From Pirellula staleyi DSM 6068 (GTDB lineage Bacteria > Planctomycetota > Planctomycetia > Pirellulales > Pirellulaceae): a stretch of DNA of 32,000 bases. Positions within the stretch are counted from its first letter, which is position 1, and the number at the start of each line of letters is the position of its first letter. Location: assembly GCA_000025185.1 (NCBI GenBank), contig CP001848.1, positions 4,860,001 to 4,892,000 on the forward strand. Reading direction: 5' to 3'. Under the pieces are notes generated by a model that searched no databases, was not told where the DNA came from, and saw nothing but the letters and a program-made list of their open reading frames with translations. The translations under genes and the position numbers were made by a program. Of this stretch, positions 28,381-32,000 are shown piece by piece.

Positions 28381-28396
28381 TGCAAGCGGCGTGCCA
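28381..28396 (-). promoter_or_regulatory. sigma-54 (RpoN) -24/-12 promoter motif
   Basis: The minus strand reads tTGGCACgccgcTTGCAt, that is TGGCAC-N5-TTGCA with canonical spacing. TGGCAC is at 28391-28396 and TTGCA at 28381-28385. It is intergenic, 43 nt downstream of the ABC transporter stop. I checked the TGGCAC/GTGCCA occurrences I could find by eye and none of the others had TTGC at N5. The predicted TSS is near 28370. Confidence 0.5.
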
Positions 28397-28438
28397 AAAG
28401 TACGTGCAGCCGAGCGAAGCGGCACTCAACTTACTCGC

Positions 28439-30418
28439 CTAAGCGACCCGAGCACGCGTGGAACCTGCCGCATGCGATTGCTGCAGACGCAAATAGAGGG
28501 GGCAAGATTTGAGTAGTTGATCGTGCGTCCCTTGGTCGATGATCGATCCCCCATCCATCACCACGATGCGGTCGGCTAGTGCCAATGTCGAGACGCGGTG
28601 GGTGATCATGATGGTCGTTCGACCTTTACGGAACTCTTCGAGCACACGGTGAATCAGCTGCTCGCTTTCGAGATCCACCTGACTTGTGGCCTCGTCGAGC
28701 AGCAGGAACTCAGGGTTCCGCAGAATCGCGCGGGCGAGCAAAATTCGCTGACGCTGCCCTCCGGAGAGATTGCTGCCGCGCTCCCCCACAACGGTTTGAT
28801 AGCCGTCGGTCAGTTTTTCGGTAATGAAGCGATGGGCAAAGGCCTGTTCGGCTGCGGCGATCACTTCGTCATCGGTCGCGCGGGGCGAACCGTAGCGAAT
28901 GTTCGCCAAAATCGTATCGTCGAAGAGGAGGGCGCTCTGAGCCACTACCCCGAGTCGCTTGCGAAGCGAGGGAAGATGCAACTCGCGCAGGTCGAGACCT
29001 GCCATCTTGATCGCTCCCTCCGTTGGATCGTAGAAGCGAGGGAGCAGGTTCAGCAGCGTGCTTTTGCCGCAGCCATTGGGGCCAACCAGCGCAACGGTTT
29101 CGCCAAACGCAATGCTGAGCGAGAGATCGCGCAGCACCTGCGTTTCGCCATCGTAGGAAAACGAAACATTCTCGAGCTTGAGAGCCGGCTTGGCAGGAAT
29201 CGCGCGAATCGCCTTCGGTTTCTGCACCACCGCAACAGGCCGATCGAGCACGTCGAAGATGCGGTCAGCCGACGCATAGCCGCGCTGTAAAAAGTTGATC
29301 ACTTCCGAGAGCTTACGAGCCGGATCGGTCACCCCAGCCAGCAGGGCATAAAACGCCATCAGCGAGCCGAGACTCAGGGGTTCATCCATGATCGGAATCC
29401 CTAGAATCGTGGTCTGCTGATTCATCACCAAGTAAGCGCCGGCGAGCATCGCCAGACTGATAATCACCACCGCCATCAGTTCGATCGTCGCACGCCCAAG
29501 GGCGTTATAGAGCGTGATTCGCATCGATCGGCGATAGGCCAGCTTGTTGTGAGCGTGTAAGCGGCGACGTTCGTAGGCCTCCATGCCAAAGGCACGAACC
29601 GCAAAGATGCCAATCACCGCTTCGCTGATCATGCCGAGCATCGTTTCACTGTCGTCGAGCGCGCGACGATTGGCTCGCTTAATCGAGCGAGAAAGTCGGC
29701 TGACCAGCAAAATCGCTAGAGGAGCCAGTAGCAGCGAAACCACCAGCAATCGCCAGCTGATCATCGCCGCACCCACCAGGCATGCCACAATCTTCAGGGG
29801 CTCGAGCAGCATCCGTCCCAGGAGCATGTTGAGCCCGTGAGCCAGACTCGCTAAGTCGGTGCTAAAACGAGACAAAAGTCCGCTACTGCGGTCTTCACTC
29901 AGATCGGCCACATCGGCTTTCAGGACCGATCGGAACAGGTTTCGGCGGACATCAAAAACGGCGAGCTGACTCAGTCGCTCCACCAGCATCATGTTGGCAA
30001 CGAGGAGCCCATCTTTGATCAGCGTGGCTACGAACAGAATGCCCACGAGCAGCACCAGCGCTTTGAACGAATGGTCGGGCAAGATCCGTTTCAGGGTCGG
30101 CACAATCGCTTGCAGCCAACCTTGCCATCCTTTGGCGTCGTCGAGTTCGTGCAACAGCCGCGCGCGATTGCTGGCATCCGTTTGAGGCAAGGCATCGATC
30201 TGCTGTTGCAGCTGGGCCTGCCGCTGCGATTCGGAGTGAATCAGCGAATCGAGATGAGCGTGAGGTGTATGCGGGCTAAAAGTGAGCTCGATAATCGGCT
30301 TCACCAGCCCGAGATTGAAGCCCCACAGTAGGGCCACGAGCAGCGACGTCACAGCAGCCAGCGCGAAGGTGCCTCGCCTGCGGAGTGCTAAACGGGCAAC
30401 TCGTAAGAAATTCTCCAT
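28439..30418 (-). CDS. ABC transporter, fused permease/ATPase (MsbA-like exporter family)
   Basis: The 659-aa ORF has an N-terminal six-helix-type TMD. NBD motifs: GPNGCGKSTLLNLL (Walker A), LSGGQRQRILLARA (signature), and LLLDEATSQVD (Walker B). Confidence 0.92.
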   Translation of the reverse strand: MENFLRVARLALRRRGTFALAAVTSLLVALLWGFNLGLVKPIIELTFSPHTPHAHLDSLIHSESQRQAQLQQQIDALPQTDASNRARLLHELDDAKGWQGWLQAIVPTLKRILPDHSFKALVLLVGILFVATLIKDGLLVANMMLVERLSQLAVFDVRRNLFRSVLKADVADLSEDRSSGLLSRFSTDLASLAHGLNMLLGRMLLEPLKIVACLVGAAMISWRLLVVSLLLAPLAILLVSRLSRSIKRANRRALDDSETMLGMISEAVIGIFAVRAFGMEAYERRRLHAHNKLAYRRSMRITLYNALGRATIELMAVVIISLAMLAGAYLVMNQQTTILGIPIMDEPLSLGSLMAFYALLAGVTDPARKLSEVINFLQRGYASADRIFDVLDRPVAVVQKPKAIRAIPAKPALKLENVSFSYDGETQVLRDLSLSIAFGETVALVGPNGCGKSTLLNLLPRFYDPTEGAIKMAGLDLRELHLPSLRKRLGVVAQSALLFDDTILANIRYGSPRATDDEVIAAAEQAFAHRFITEKLTDGYQTVVGERGSNLSGGQRQRILLARAILRNPEFLLLDEATSQVDLESEQLIHRVLEEFRKGRTTIMITHRVSTLALADRIVVMDGGSIIDQGTHDQLLKSCPLYLRLQQSHAAGSTRARVA

Positions 30419-30450
30419 CGCTCTTTGCTACTAGCCTCGGGGGTTGAGAT

Positions 30451-30481
30451 CAGATTCGCGAGACGGTTTCTAGCGAATCTG
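30451..30481. other. perfect 9-bp inverted repeat between the CNNM and ABC genes
   Basis: cagattcgc (30451-30459) and gcgaatctg (30473-30481) are separated by a 13-nt spacer. There is no T-tract on the minus strand. It could be an inter-cistronic stem-loop or an operator. Confidence 0.35.
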
Positions 30482-30561
30482 CCCCTTTTGGCCAAGACGA
30501 AACTGAAGTGCCAGCGGCGACTGCATTTGCCAGCTAGCTGGCGATCCGGAATAACAGTCGC

Positions 30562-31908
30562 TTAGTGTGACGAACTCTTCATCGGCTGCTTATAGGGATC
30601 ACCGAGTGGATCCAGCAGCGCTTCGGTAATCTTGCGGCGTCGAACCTTACGCACCTGCGCCCAGATGCCGTCGATCACCACCATATCGCCACCACGGAGC
30701 GGATCTTCGCGGCCAGAATTGAGCCAGTGATCAACCGTCGTTGTCGCCAGGGCAGTTCCCCCGAGTTCCGGACGCTTAAAAACTTCGCGCAGCTGGCCGA
30801 GCATCACGCCGCCACCAACGACCACTTGATGCCCCGAAGGACTAACGTGGCGCGGTAAACGGTCGAATTCATCCTCGATGTCTCCGACCAGTTCTTCAAA
30901 AATATCTTCCTGCGTGATCATGCCGACCACTTTGCCGTCGTCGCCACGCACCAAGGCCAAGTGCAAGTGCTCGGCGATCATGCGACGGAGCGCTTCGCTG
31001 AGGCTCATGTCTCTGGGGAGGCTGATGATCTGACGCACAATTTCGCGTAACACCGGGTTGCCGGGATGCGTTTTCGCAAGCAACACCATGTCCTTAAAAG
31101 TGACATAGCCGATGATCAGCTGCGGATCTCCCTTGGCAATCGTGACGGGAAATCGCGTGTGAAGATCCATGTGCGCGATGACGAGGTTTTCGCTCAGGGG
31201 CGCATCGGCCACCGCCATCACGATGTCGTCTTCCGGCATCATGATGTCTTCAACCTTCATCGTGCTCAGGCGACTCGCTTGCAGAATGATCCGCTCTTCC
31301 TGCATGCCAATCACTTGGCTGGCGCGGAGCAAATTCACCTGCGCACGCAGTTCGTGCAGGCCCGTGGTGTGGTCGTCGGAGTTCTTCGAAGGCAAGAGTT
31401 TCTCGACCACCGCCACGAAAAACTTGGTGCTGTATTCAAACACCAGCACGGCGGGATAGACCATGACATTGAACACCCACATAGCGGGGCTGAACGTCAC
31501 GCAAACCCACTCGCTGTTCTTGATGGCGAGCACCTTGGGAATGAGCTCCCCGACGATGATCGTGACAGCGGAGAGTGGAATCACCACGCAGATGAGCGAC
31601 AGGACGTGGGAAAAGGATTCCGAAACGCCCAAAAACTTTTGAAAGAGAGGGGAGAGTGACTCGTCGGCACTCGCGCCGCTGACAGCGGCAGCCACTGCGC
31701 CGACCAGGGTGATGCCGAGTTGCACCACCGCGAGGCTTCCCTCCATGCGCGACTTCATCCAGAGTGCAGCCGATGCGCCGCGACGTTTGTTTTCGGCCAG
31801 ATTTTTAAGTCGATCGATTCGTACTGATGCCAGAGCTAGCTCGTACGCGGCAAAGAGCGCGTTTAAGAGCAACATGGCAATAATCGTTACCGTTACCGGT
31901 AAACTCAT
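30562..31908 (-). CDS. CNNM/DUF21 transmembrane domain plus CBS-pair protein (TlyC/CorC hemolysin-family)
   Basis: The 448-aa ORF starts with N-terminal DUF21-type helices (VTVTIIAMLLLNALFAAYELALASV...GELIPK). A tandem CBS region follows (VEDIMMPEDDIVM...; MITQEDIFEELVGDIEDEFD). Confidence 0.88.
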   Translation of the reverse strand: MSLPVTVTIIAMLLLNALFAAYELALASVRIDRLKNLAENKRRGASAALWMKSRMEGSLAVVQLGITLVGAVAAAVSGASADESLSPLFQKFLGVSESFSHVLSLICVVIPLSAVTIIVGELIPKVLAIKNSEWVCVTFSPAMWVFNVMVYPAVLVFEYSTKFFVAVVEKLLPSKNSDDHTTGLHELRAQVNLLRASQVIGMQEERIILQASRLSTMKVEDIMMPEDDIVMAVADAPLSENLVIAHMDLHTRFPVTIAKGDPQLIIGYVTFKDMVLLAKTHPGNPVLREIVRQIISLPRDMSLSEALRRMIAEHLHLALVRGDDGKVVGMITQEDIFEELVGDIEDEFDRLPRHVSPSGHQVVVGGGVMLGQLREVFKRPELGGTALATTTVDHWLNSGREDPLRGGDMVVIDGIWAQVRKVRRRKITEALLDPLGDPYKQPMKSSSH

Positions 31909-32000
31909 GGTTTCTCACTAACAGGATCGGGGCGAAAAAGCGGCCGCACTATCACGCGCTTCACCAAATCAAAAGCAATGGCTCGAAGGCACAATGTTTG

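Overview
The window looks like a chromosomal segment from a Planctomycetota-type genome. That inference rests on the combination of a DUF1559 prepilin-like protein, two DUF1549/DUF1553 + DUF1501 gene pairs and an ECF sigma factor. All calls come from motif recognition by eye; no searches were run.

Layout, left to right:
- An intact IS5-family insertion sequence (125-989).
- A polytopic membrane protein.
- A DUF1559 pseudopilin-like gene with a small lipoprotein gene.
- recG preceded by a DUF4254 gene.
- An M28 peptidase, a small membrane protein, a tartrate/isopropylmalate-dehydrogenase-family enzyme and a convergent Ogt/MGMT methyltransferase.
- A hypothetical protein and a 558-aa hyper-charged, repeat-containing disordered protein.
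- A translationally coupled pair resembling a split arginine dihydrolase / ornithine cyclodeaminase (AgrE/ArgZ-like).
- A 944-aa secreted protein of unknown function.
- An ECF sigma, membrane-anchored DUF1549/DUF1553 and DUF1501 module, followed by a second DUF1549/DUF1553 + DUF1501 pair.
- A roughly 1-kb gene-free spacer.
- An MsbA-like ABC exporter and a CNNM/CBS (TlyC/CorC-type) protein.

Most notable observations:
1. The two DUF1501 genes encode identical proteins. They differ at 18 nucleotides, all at third codon positions, and the homology stops exactly at the start and stop codons, while their partner genes are strongly diverged.
2. One DUF1549/DUF1553 protein carries an anti-sigma-like cytoplasmic N-terminus directly downstream of an ECF sigma gene.
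3. A full-spacing sigma-54 promoter motif and a strong intrinsic terminator bracket a roughly 315-nt non-coding unit in the spacer.

I saw no rRNA, tRNA or CRISPR array.
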